A stretch of 14,294 bases of DNA from Thermostichus sp. DRC_bins_24 (GTDB lineage: Bacteria; Cyanobacteriota; Cyanobacteriia; Thermostichales; Thermostichaceae), in NCBI GenBank assembly GCA_039794845.1, contig JAUQVK010000110.1, forward strand, positions 1 through 14,294. Direction: 5' to 3'. Each line of letters begins with the position of its first letter. Positions within the stretch are counted from its first letter, which is position 1. Positions 1 through 7,769 of this stretch are shown here, in pieces. The position numbers were made by a program, and so were the translations under genes. The notes under the pieces were generated by a model. That model had not been told where the DNA came from, did not search any database, and saw nothing but the letters and a program-made list of their open reading frames with translations.

Positions 1-24
1 GGGGGGGGGGGGGGGGGGGGGGGG
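1..24. other. Poly-G run (24 G), probably a sequencing/assembly artefact at a contig edge
   Basis: Uninterrupted G homopolymer at the very start of the window; typical of two-colour Illumina no-signal tails. Confidence 0.7.
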
Positions 25-194
25 AATTGGGCAAAAACCTCGATCGGCTCCAGCATCGGTTGGGGATCCCTCGGCACACCGCCCTCAAGGCTAACCCAGC
101 TGCAGGGGTGAACAAAACAACCCTTGCCCGCAGCCAAGTCTGCCGCCATCGGAACCTCACCCCAGAAGGGCCGTGGCGATAATTGATAAGGAAT

Positions 195-1394
195 ATGAAG
201 ATGAGGCTCCCCATCATGAAGCACCTCCCCACCCTGTTCCTGGTTTTGGGAATGGTTTCGGCTCCTGCTCCGGTGAGGGCGAATCCCATCACTGCAGAAG
301 CGGTGATGGCCCTGCAACAGGGGGATCATGCCCAAGCGCTGCCCAGAGCCAGAACCGAGCAGGCATTTCGGGTTGTCCCCTTGGCCAGTGGGTTGGAACA
401 TCCCTGGGGAATGGCCTTTCTGCCGGATGGCTCCATTTTGGTTACGGAACGCCCGGGGCGACTGCGCTTGGTCACCGCCAATGGGCTGGATCCGCAACCG
501 ATTGGCGGCGTACCGGAGGTGGTGGCGCAAGGACAAGGGGGCCTGCTGGACGTGGTGTTGCACCCCGACTACAGCGAGAACGGCTGGATTTATCTGGCCT
601 ATTCCGCCCCAGGGCCCGGCGGGGCAGGAACACGGGTCGCACGGGCTAGGCTAGGCCAGGAAGGACTGTACGACCTGGAAGTGATCTTCGATATGGAGCG
701 CAAAACCCCAGCAGTGCACCATTTCGGGGCACGGCTGGCCTTTGACGAGGAGGGGTTGCTTTACATTGGCACCGGGGATCGGGGGGAACGGAATCGCGCC
801 CAGGATCTCGGGGATCATGCCGGCAAGGTGCTGCGCATCACGGATTCGGGGGGGATCCCGGCAGACAATCCTTTTGTAAACCAAGCGGGGGCCTTGCCGG
901 AAATCTACACCTACGGCAACCGCAACATTCAGGGCCTGACCCGGCATCCCGAAACCGGGGCAATCTGGTCCCATGAGCATGGGCCGCGGGGCGGAGATGA
1001 AATTAACATTATTGCCCCCGGTGTGAACTACGGTTGGCCGTTGATCACCCATGGGCGAGAATATGCGGGCGGGCCGGTGGGCCAAGGGCTGTCGGAAGCC
1101 CCGGGTTTGGCCTCGCCTCTGTTGCACTGGACACCATCTATTGCGCCCTCGGGCATGACGTTTTACACAGGGGAAGCCTTCCCAGAATGGCAGGGGAATC
1201 TGTTTGTGGGGGCGCTGGCAGGCCAACATCTGGCCCGGTTGCAATTGGATGGAGATCGTGTGGTGGCGGAAGAGCGCCTACTCGAAGGCGCTGTCGGTCG
1301 CATTCGGGATGTACGACAGGGGCCGGATGGTTTGCTGTATCTGCTCACGGATGCCCCCAATGGATCCCTGTTGCGGCTAGAGCCGAAATCTTGA
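195..1394 (+). CDS. PQQ-dependent sugar dehydrogenase (soluble aldose dehydrogenase, YliI/Asd, GSDH family), exported
   Basis: Motifs GLEHPWGMAFLPDG, GQGGLLDV, HFGARLAF, YGNRNIQG, EHGPRGGDEINII, NYGWP, IAPSGMTFYTG, GRIRDVRQGPDG; N-terminal signal peptide. Start is ATG 195, 201 or 216; TAAGGA at 187-192. Confidence 0.92.
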   Translation: MKMRLPIMKHLPTLFLVLGMVSAPAPVRANPITAEAVMALQQGDHAQALPRARTEQAFRVVPLASGLEHPWGMAFLPDGSILVTERPGRLRLVTANGLDPQPIGGVPEVVAQGQGGLLDVVLHPDYSENGWIYLAYSAPGPGGAGTRVARARLGQEGLYDLEVIFDMERKTPAVHHFGARLAFDEEGLLYIGTGDRGERNRAQDLGDHAGKVLRITDSGGIPADNPFVNQAGALPEIYTYGNRNIQGLTRHPETGAIWSHEHGPRGGDEINIIAPGVNYGWPLITHGREYAGGPVGQGLSEAPGLASPLLHWTPSIAPSGMTFYTGEAFPEWQGNLFVGALAGQHLARLQLDGDRVVAEERLLEGAVGRIRDVRQGPDGLLYLLTDAPNGSLLRLEPKS

Positions 1395-1672
1395 GGTAAA
1401 AGGCAAATAAGGGCCAAACCCGGCTTCGTCCAATGCTGTGTTACTGGGTGGCCTGCCGCTGCTGATTTGAGCCGTATCTGGATTTGGGAGGAGAGATGGG
1501 TAAGGAGAGCCCTAAGTGCCGGAGATAACCCGTCACTGCACCCGACTTGGGTTAGATTTGTCCCGATATTCCAGCTTGCTGCCGGAATCTGGGCGGTCTT
1601 GCTGACAGCAGACAGGTTCCACGAAGGATAATTGACAACTTGTTGAACAGGGTTGAACAGGTGGGGGATCCC

Positions 1673-2173
1673 TCAGGGGTTGCCAGGCAAACTCAGCACC
1701 GGGATGATCAGCTCTTGTACCGGCAGAGCCGCGGGCTGAGTGGTGTCACTGCTGAAGCTCGTTGAGGGAGCTGAAGGAGTGGGTGAGCCACCAACAGGCC
1801 GCAGTTGCCAGCGGATGATCTGCTCACCCCGGTAGTAGGTCACAAACATCTGATCCCCTTGGGATTGAATTTGCCAGGTCCCGTCACCACTGTCGATTGA
1901 GGTGTGCCCGCCGGAAAAGGGTGCATCCAGGGCCGGCCCCGATTGGGTCCAAATGCGACCTCCACCCGTTTCCAGGATCAGTTGCACCGTCGCCCCCTGA
2001 CCTTGACCGCTCAAAATTTGGCCGGTCCCACTCCAAGTCCGGGTTTCGGTCTGAGCCAGAGCCGGTTGTCCAAGTTGGAGAGCCATGAACAACAGCCCTG
2101 TCCAGCCCAAATGACTTCGTCCCGTCGCCATCCAATCGGGAAGGAAGGAAGAAGCTTGAGAGAAAAAAGCCAT
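1673..2173 (-). CDS. Hypothetical exported protein
   Basis: Signal-peptide-like segment (GLLFMALQLGQPALA|Q), Gly/Thr/Gln-rich beta-type core, low-complexity Pro/Ser/Thr tail. Start ATG 2173 or 2131. Confidence 0.7.
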   Translation of the reverse strand: MAFFSQASSFLPDWMATGRSHLGWTGLLFMALQLGQPALAQTETRTWSGTGQILSGQGQGATVQLILETGGGRIWTQSGPALDAPFSGGHTSIDSGDGTWQIQSQGDQMFVTYYRGEQIIRWQLRPVGGSPTPSAPSTSFSSDTTQPAALPVQELIIPVLSLPGNP

Positions 2174-2469
2174 TGCACTCACGTTGAAACTACACACTGC
2201 GACAAGACCGAAACACGAAAGGAAGAAGGGAAAAGGCGCTGTAGGAGGCAATCCTTTACACAGCCCATTACACAGTCTACCGAAAGCCTTCCAGAACCCT
2301 TGGCTAAGCCTGTTGTCAGAAGTCTGAAGGCCGTTGATCCCAATCTAGGCAATCCCCAAACCGCCAGACAGGATGCAACCTGAGCCTCTGGCTGCGGGGA
2401 TCCCTACTAGCCATTTCGCCAATGCGCAGAGTCGGGTTGAAATAGGTATTGGAGCAGATACTACAACTC

Positions 2470-3321
2470 TTAGCCGAGGGAGAGGAAGCGCTCCAGGGCA
2501 GCCACCGCCGCAGGCGGCCATCGCCGGACGGTTTTGACCCACTCTACATCGCCGTAGCGGGGATCCAACCCTTGCACTGCAACCCAGTGACTTTCCGCCT
2601 CTCCGTGGTGGCCCTGGGTCCAAAGAATGGCACTGAGGGCGGCTCGCATGTCCGGGAACTTGGGATACTTCCGCACCAAAGCTCGCATCAGTCGTACCGC
2701 CGCTTCGGTTTCCCCCACCTGATACAAGCTCAGGGCATAGTTGGCTTGGGCAAACGCATAGTCGGGGGCCAATTCTGTGGCATGGCGGTAATCCGCAACC
2801 GCCCGTTGCCAGTCTCCCAAACCGGCTTCCGCATTGCCCCGGTTGTTGTAGGCTGCCGCATCGTAGGGATCCAATTCCAACACCCGTTCGTAATCGGCAA
2901 TGGCCGCCTGCCACTCTCCCAGCCCCTCCAGTGCTGCCCCCCGGTTCAGGTAGGGATCCGGTGCGTTGGGAGCCAAACGAATCGCCTCAGCATAATCCGT
3001 GAGTGCCTGTTGCAGCTTGTGCTGGCTGACGCGGGCATTGCCCCGATTACTCCATAGGGCTGGGTTCTCCGGCTGACGTTCCAACAGCTGGCTCCATAGG
3101 GTTTCCGCCTGGGCAAAATCCCCTCGGTTGGTGGCGGCAAAGGCTGCTTCAAAGAGTTGGTCGATCTCGGGGCTCACTGCCTGTGTGTCTTGCTTGGGGG
3201 CAGGTAGGCCCTTCAACTCAGCAGTCAGACCCGCTCCCGTCCAGGCCAGGATCCCCAGCCAAAGCAGCAGCACCAGCAGCAAAACAGAAACTCCCTTTAG
3301 AAACACTTGGACAGCCTTCAT
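2470..3321 (-). CDS. Tetratricopeptide repeat protein with N-terminal TM/signal anchor
   Basis: About 34-aa repeats (WSNRGNA..., YLNRGAA..., YNNRGNA..., QANYALS...), each ending in L-x-P; hydrophobic N-terminus. ATG 3321 preferred over the ORF-track start 3408. Confidence 0.9.
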   Translation of the reverse strand: MKAVQVFLKGVSVLLLVLLLWLGILAWTGAGLTAELKGLPAPKQDTQAVSPEIDQLFEAAFAATNRGDFAQAETLWSQLLERQPENPALWSNRGNARVSQHKLQQALTDYAEAIRLAPNAPDPYLNRGAALEGLGEWQAAIADYERVLELDPYDAAAYNNRGNAEAGLGDWQRAVADYRHATELAPDYAFAQANYALSLYQVGETEAAVRLMRALVRKYPKFPDMRAALSAILWTQGHHGEAESHWVAVQGLDPRYGDVEWVKTVRRWPPAAVAALERFLSLG

Positions 3322-3426
3322 CGCTTCAATCCGTGTCTTGGGTTGCCCAACCATCTTAAGCGGTTGCCCCCGGGATCCTGCTTCATCCGTTGAGGGCCCC
3401 AGACCCATTGACCCCTGTGCAAGTGC

Positions 3427-3456
3427 TTGCGCTCTGCCGGAGCAACCCGCTATGCT
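3427..3456 (+). promoter_or_regulatory. Putative sigma70-type promoter of upp
   Basis: TTGCGC (3427-3432), 18-bp spacer, TATGCT (3451-3456), 25 bp before the GTG start. Confidence 0.35.
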
Positions 3457-3481
3457 ACCGCCCAGATTGAGGCATTCTTCT

Positions 3482-4141
3482 GTGGCAAGTCAGCAGCTTC
3501 GCGTTTATGTCCCTCCTCATCCGTTAATTAAGCACTGGTTAACCGTGGCTCGGGATGCCGAAACCCCGATGCCCCTGTTTCGGAGCGCCCTGTCGGAATT
3601 GGGCCGTTGGCTCACCTATGAAGCGATGCGGGAATGGATTCCCACCCAAGCCGTGCAGGTGCAAACCCCCCTCGAGCCGGCTCCGGCAGAGGTCATCGCC
3701 CCGGATACCCCGATGGGCATTGTGCCTGTGTTGCGGGCAGGCTTGGCGATGTTGGAGGGTTGTCAGGCCCTATTGCCTCAGGCGCGGATTTTTCATCTGG
3801 GCATGGTGCGGGATGAAAAGACGCTAGAAGCCAGTTGTTACCTAAATCGCCTGCCGGAGCGAATCCCGGAACAGATGCGTATTCTCATTCCGGAGCCGAT
3901 GTTGGCAACCGGAGGGACGTTGGTGCAGGTCTTGGATGAGTTGAAGAAGCGGGGGGCGGATCCCAGCTTGGTGCGGATCGTCAGCGTCTTGGCTGCCCCG
4001 CCGGGGTTACAACGGTTGGGATCCCGTTACCCGATGGTGCAAATTTTTTGCGCCATGATCGACGAGCGGTTGAACGATCAAGGGTTCATCATGCCAGGGC
4101 TAGGGGATGCAGGGGATCGCGCCTTTGGCACAGAGGGGTAG
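3482..4141 (+). CDS. upp: Uracil phosphoribosyltransferase
   Basis: Cyanobacterial-type N-terminus QLRVYVPPHPLIKHWL; VPVLRAGL; PRPP-binding EPMLATGGT; C-terminal GFIMPGLGDAGDRAFGT. GTG start at 3482 with GAGG upstream. Confidence 0.97.
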   Translation: MASQQLRVYVPPHPLIKHWLTVARDAETPMPLFRSALSELGRWLTYEAMREWIPTQAVQVQTPLEPAPAEVIAPDTPMGIVPVLRAGLAMLEGCQALLPQARIFHLGMVRDEKTLEASCYLNRLPERIPEQMRILIPEPMLATGGTLVQVLDELKKRGADPSLVRIVSVLAAPPGLQRLGSRYPMVQIFCAMIDERLNDQGFIMPGLGDAGDRAFGTEG

Positions 4142-4274
4142 TCTCTGAAGGGATGAGGGCTTTCTCTACCGCTAGTGGTTTTACAGCCCTTGCGCGGGTT
4201 TTCTACGGCAGGGCTTGTGCTTTCTTTTCTCGCTTTGCGGGGTCCGGAGGGCTATCTTTCTGGGGGGTGGATCT

Positions 4275-4497
4275 CAACCTCCACGGTTGTTACAGGTGAC
4301 CGGCGGTGCCCTATGGTGGGCGAACGCACTGGCGTGCCCTGGGCGTAAAGGGTTGTAAGTCCATCTGATTGGTGAAACGAACACACATTTGGCAGCAATC
4401 GGTTGTCCTCCGGACGACCTGGGGGGTCACCGAGCTTTTCGCTACGCCTGGCGCTACACTCATTCAACAGGTCATTCAGCAGGTGCCCCGAGGCGGG
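4275..4497 (+). ncRNA. ssrS: Probable 6S RNA (cyanobacterial SsaA type); ends approximate (could span about 4265-4503)
   Basis: Nested pairings read by eye: CCTC 4278-4281/GAGG 4490-4493; GGTGACC 4295-4301/GGTCATT 4470-4476; central bubble; TGGCG..GGGCGTA 4330-4347/TACGCCTGGCGCTA 4443-4456; two apical hairpins (4365-4395, 4399-4433). CTGATTGGTGAAA and ACCGAGCTTTTCGC resemble cyanobacterial 6S motifs as I recall them. TATCTT -10 candidate at 4253-4258. Confidence 0.75.
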
Positions 4498-4645
4498 CCT
4501 GTCGGACTAAACCCATTCTGGTGGGTCAAGCTGTTGGATTATGGAAATGTTGGCCGCTTTAGCCCCAGAGCCTGCTTTCGGGATCCCGGCTGAGCGGGTG
4601 AACTGGGGTTCTGATGGTGTTAGCGCGTTTTCCCCTCCTGCGCCT

Positions 4646-5533
4646 ATGCGACTTGTCCTTACCAGTTTGGATGGCAGCCTGTTGGATATGGAGTCCAATA
4701 GTTACGGTGCTGCCCGGCAAGCCTTGGCTGCTCTAGAGCGTCGCTCCATTCCCTTGGTGCTTTACAGCCTGCGTACCCGCGCTCAGCTGGAACATGTGCG
4801 TCAACAGCTGCGCCTGGAGCACCCATTCATCTGCGAGGATGGTTCCGCCCTCTACATCCCCGAGCACTACTTCCCGGCGGGCATTCTCGATGACCAGTGG
4901 CAGCATCAGCCTCCCTACTACGTGCGGGCCTTGGGGTTGCCCTACCCCCGCTTGCGCCGCATTTTGCAACAGGTGCGCCAAGACTCCCATCTGGATCTGG
5001 TAGGGTTTGGGGATTGGACCGCCGCCGAGTTGGCCGCCGCCACCGGGATCCCTCTGGCCGAGGCAGAACGAGCCCAACAGCGGGAGTACAGTGAGATTTT
5101 TAGCTATTCCGGGGATCCCAAAACCCTACGAGCAGCCTTTGCCCGGCAGGAGGCCAACCTCACCCAGCATCGGCTGCAACTGCGCCAACTTAACCTCTCT
5201 AGCCCGCCACAGAAGTGGTACCTGACCGGGTGGGCTCTGCCGACCAAGGCCACAGAACCCGGTTTCTTACCCGGAGAACAGGCAGTACGGTTGCTGCTGG
5301 ATTGCTACCAACAGCATCTGGGCCAAGTTAAGGCGCTGGGTATTGGCTGCTCCCCGGCGGATACGGCTTTTTTGCGTTGGATGGAACAGAAGGTGGTGCT
5401 TCCGAGCCCTATTGCGGATAGTCTCTGGAGTGAGGCCGAGCCTCAATGGCAATTGGCCCAGCTCCCTGGGCCGGAGGGCTGGAATGAAGTGGTGTTGATG
5501 TGGTTGGAGGAAACAGATCATGGTGATGAATAA
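4646..5533 (+). CDS. HAD-IIB family, mannosyl-3-phosphoglycerate phosphatase (MPGP/YedP)-like protein with degenerate catalytic motifs
   Basis: RLVLTSLDGSLLD, SLRTRAQL, HPFICEDGSALYIP, LGLPY, GFGDWT..ELAAATGIP, AQQREYSE, GIGCSPAD follow the MPGP layout. ATG 4646 places motif I at the N-terminus as expected. Confidence 0.85.
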   Translation: MRLVLTSLDGSLLDMESNSYGAARQALAALERRSIPLVLYSLRTRAQLEHVRQQLRLEHPFICEDGSALYIPEHYFPAGILDDQWQHQPPYYVRALGLPYPRLRRILQQVRQDSHLDLVGFGDWTAAELAAATGIPLAEAERAQQREYSEIFSYSGDPKTLRAAFARQEANLTQHRLQLRQLNLSSPPQKWYLTGWALPTKATEPGFLPGEQAVRLLLDCYQQHLGQVKALGIGCSPADTAFLRWMEQKVVLPSPIADSLWSEAEPQWQLAQLPGPEGWNEVVLMWLEETDHGDE

Positions 5534-6224
5534 AAACCAGATGGGTCGTCGGGCTGCCCACTGGGGCTGGAGGACGGTGGGGTGTGTGCTTGGCTTGGCG
5601 ATCGGGGTGCCTGCCTATGCGGAAGCGCCGATGACCCTGCTGACGGGGGAGCAAACCGTGGCCCAACTGAAAGAAGACGGGGCCCGCTACATGCAGATGG
5701 GCTTTCATACCCTGGCCATCAATGCCTATCGAGGGGCGATTGAGCTGGAGGAGAAGACGCTGGTTTTACCCAGCGAACGGGATGCCGATGTGCCGTTTAA
5801 TCTCGGCCTCATTTACGCCCGTCAGGGTAATCTGCCGGAGGCGCGTGCTGCCTTTCAACGGTCGGTGGATGTGGATCCCAGCAGTTTTAAGGCCCGCTAC
5901 CAGTTGGCCCTGGTGGATTTGAAACTGGGAAATCCGACGGCTGCCAAAGAACAGCTCACCCTCTTGGCCAATGCCGCCACCAGCAATCCCGAAACCCACA
6001 GCCACATTCAGGCTTTGCTGGCCACCCTGGAGTCTGTTCCTCTGCCCAGCCAGAAAGATGACCTAGCGCGCACCCCGGCAGTGGAGTCGGAAGCGGCCAA
6101 ACTGTTGCTCGAACCCCAGAAAACGGAAACAGCCGCCCTGCCCCCGGCGAGCGAAGAGGAATTGCTAGAGGAAGAGAAACCTCTCTCAGCCCTGCAGCGG
6201 TTGCGCCAACGGGAACTGAACTAG
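5520..6224 (+). CDS. Exported tetratricopeptide repeat protein
   Basis: GGAGG at 5506-5510; signal peptide (VLGLAIGVPAYA|E); TPRs such as FNLGLIYARQGNLPEARAAFQRSVDVDP and ARYQLALVDLKLGN; acidic low-complexity tail; overlaps the upstream gene by 14 bp (alternative ATG 5526). Confidence 0.85.
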   Translation: MVMNKNQMGRRAAHWGWRTVGCVLGLAIGVPAYAEAPMTLLTGEQTVAQLKEDGARYMQMGFHTLAINAYRGAIELEEKTLVLPSERDADVPFNLGLIYARQGNLPEARAAFQRSVDVDPSSFKARYQLALVDLKLGNPTAAKEQLTLLANAATSNPETHSHIQALLATLESVPLPSQKDDLARTPAVESEAAKLLLEPQKTETAALPPASEEELLEEEKPLSALQRLRQRELN

Positions 6225-6257
6225 AACCATCTCCGCCCGAGAGGGGAAAGTTTAATA

Positions 6258-6284
6258 CCGGGGATCCCGCTCTGGGATCTCTGG
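6258..6284 (+). terminator. Stem-loop between convergent genes, putative terminator
   Basis: CCGGGGATCCC-GCTCT-GGGATCTCTGG, 11-bp stem with two G-U pairs; lies between stops at 6224 (+) and 6300 (-). No U-tract on the + strand. Confidence 0.4.
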
Positions 6285-6299
6285 CTGCTGGGTCTGGGT

Positions 6300-6446
6300 T
6301 TAGCCCCGTTTGGGATCCGGTTGGCGCTCTTCTGGCTGAGGGCTTTTGGTGGTGAACACCGTGGTGAACATCATCAGCATGCCGCCGCCTAAGATCAGCA
6401 GGGCCAATCCTGCGACTATTCCGTTCATCCAGGTTTGGGCCTCCAT
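6300..6446 (-). CDS. Small single-pass membrane protein, 48 aa (MEAQTWMNGIVAGLALLILGGGMLMMFTTVFTTKSPQPEERQPDPKRG)
   Basis: Manual translation, below the ORF-track cutoff. ATG 6446, TAA 6300-6302, GGAG 10 nt upstream, one uncharged helix of about 23 aa then a charged tail; co-oriented 61 bp downstream of lptF/G. Confidence 0.72.
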   Translation of the reverse strand: MEAQTWMNGIVAGLALLILGGGMLMMFTTVFTTKSPQPEERQPDPKRG

Positions 6447-6507
6447 GGGGGTCTGTCTCCACGATCCAACGCGACTTCGATCCTACCGGAGGAACTTTGG
6501 GCTGCAG

Positions 6508-7710
6508 CTATTGATTGGCCCGGTAAAGCAACCCCAAACCCACCGCTACACAGATCAAATTCGGTAACCAAGCGGCCACCGCTGGCCCTAAGGTGCCTAT
6601 TTGCCCCAAAGCTTGGGTGATAAACAGCAGCACATAGAACGCGAAAATAATCAGCACACTGATGCCCAACCCCAAAGAGGAGCTGGTGCGTTGCGGGCGC
6701 AACCCCAAAGGGGCCCCGATCAGGGTGAAGGCCAGACACACAAAGGGAATGGCATATTTTTGGTTAAGGCTGACCTGGAGGCGTCGCACCCGTTGCAGAT
6801 CTCCAGAACTGGCGATCACGTCGATGTAACGGCTTAGCTCTTGAATGTTCATTTCCTCGGGGCTACGGGCCTCCTGAGCCAGCTCCAGCGGGGCACGGGA
6901 CAGGCGCAATTCCTGGCGGCCAAAGGTAGCGATGTTGCTGTAGGTGCCGTCAGGGGAGACGATGTAATTGGTGCCATCCTCGAACACCCAGATGTTGTTC
7001 TGGGGATCCCAGCGACCCCGTTGGGCCAGCAGGATTTGGTTGAGGGCCTCGTTGGAAAAGTCTAGAACAACAATGCCACGCATTTGGTTGCCATCGAAGC
7101 TGCGGGCATAAAACTGGCGGGTCAACCCCTGCCGACGGGAAAAGCTGCCATCTCCGTCGGGGCTAAGGATCTCGCCAAACTCTTGGTAGAGAATGTTTTC
7201 TCGCCGAAAGTCGGGATCCCGATTCAAGGCCCGATCCAACGTGGTGGCCGCCCGGCGATTGCTACTGGGAACCACCAGCTCGTTGAACAAAAACGTCAAA
7301 CTCGTCACCAGCAAACTAAGGATGAGGGCGGGCACCACCAGGCGATAGAGGCTCACCCCACATCCGCGCATGGCGGTGATTTCGCTATCCGAAGACAAGC
7401 GCCCATAGGCCAGCAGCGTCGCCAACAACATCGACATCGGGAAGGTGAGGACAATAATCCCCGGCGCTCGAAAGGCGAACACCTGCAAGGCTGCCGGAAT
7501 GGAGAGACCCGCTTCCACCACCAGGCGCACCAGCTCAAACAGGGATCCCACCGCCATGACCAAAGCCGTGAAGGCCCCCACCCCAAACAAAAAAGGCAGC
7601 ACCATCTCGGAAATGATGTAGCGATCCATCAAGCCAATCGAACACCAGACGGAAACCGATGGAGTCGTCTTCGGCGAGCGGGTTTGCGGTGGTGTAGAGC
7701 TGACTTTCAC
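6508..7710 (-). CDS. LptF/LptG (YjgP/YjgQ) family LPS export ABC permease
   Basis: MDRYIISE, PMSMLLATLLAYGRLSSDSEITAMRGCGVS, 3 TM + periplasmic domain + 3 TM, KYAIPF, AAWLPN. Start GTG 7710 or ATG 7629. Confidence 0.93.
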   Translation of the reverse strand: MKVSSTPPQTRSPKTTPSVSVWCSIGLMDRYIISEMVLPFLFGVGAFTALVMAVGSLFELVRLVVEAGLSIPAALQVFAFRAPGIIVLTFPMSMLLATLLAYGRLSSDSEITAMRGCGVSLYRLVVPALILSLLVTSLTFLFNELVVPSSNRRAATTLDRALNRDPDFRRENILYQEFGEILSPDGDGSFSRRQGLTRQFYARSFDGNQMRGIVVLDFSNEALNQILLAQRGRWDPQNNIWVFEDGTNYIVSPDGTYSNIATFGRQELRLSRAPLELAQEARSPEEMNIQELSRYIDVIASSGDLQRVRRLQVSLNQKYAIPFVCLAFTLIGAPLGLRPQRTSSSLGLGISVLIIFAFYVLLFITQALGQIGTLGPAVAAWLPNLICVAVGLGLLYRANQ

Positions 7711-7769
7711 GATGCACAGTGGGGGGGTAGGGGGTAGGCAACATAGGGATTCCAACACAATCCCAACAA

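Noticed and set aside
1..24. Poly-G as a G-quadruplex or phase-variation tract
   Set aside because: It sits at the extreme window edge and is more simply explained as a sequencing artefact; read data would be needed.
1486..1528. GGGAGGAG followed by a 10-codon ORF MGKESPKCRR (1496-1528)
   Set aside because: Too short to support without conservation or Ribo-seq data, and there is no downstream co-oriented gene to regulate.
3128..3481. 118-aa N-terminal extension of Upp in the ORF track
   Set aside because: It overlaps the opposite-strand TPR gene and the divergent promoter region; the typical Upp N-terminus begins at GTG 3482.
4153..4593. Short ORFs 4153-4299, 4252-4467 and 4369-4593 in the upp-HAD gap
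   Set aside because: No recognisable protein features, and they overlap the structured RNA candidate, which explains the region better.
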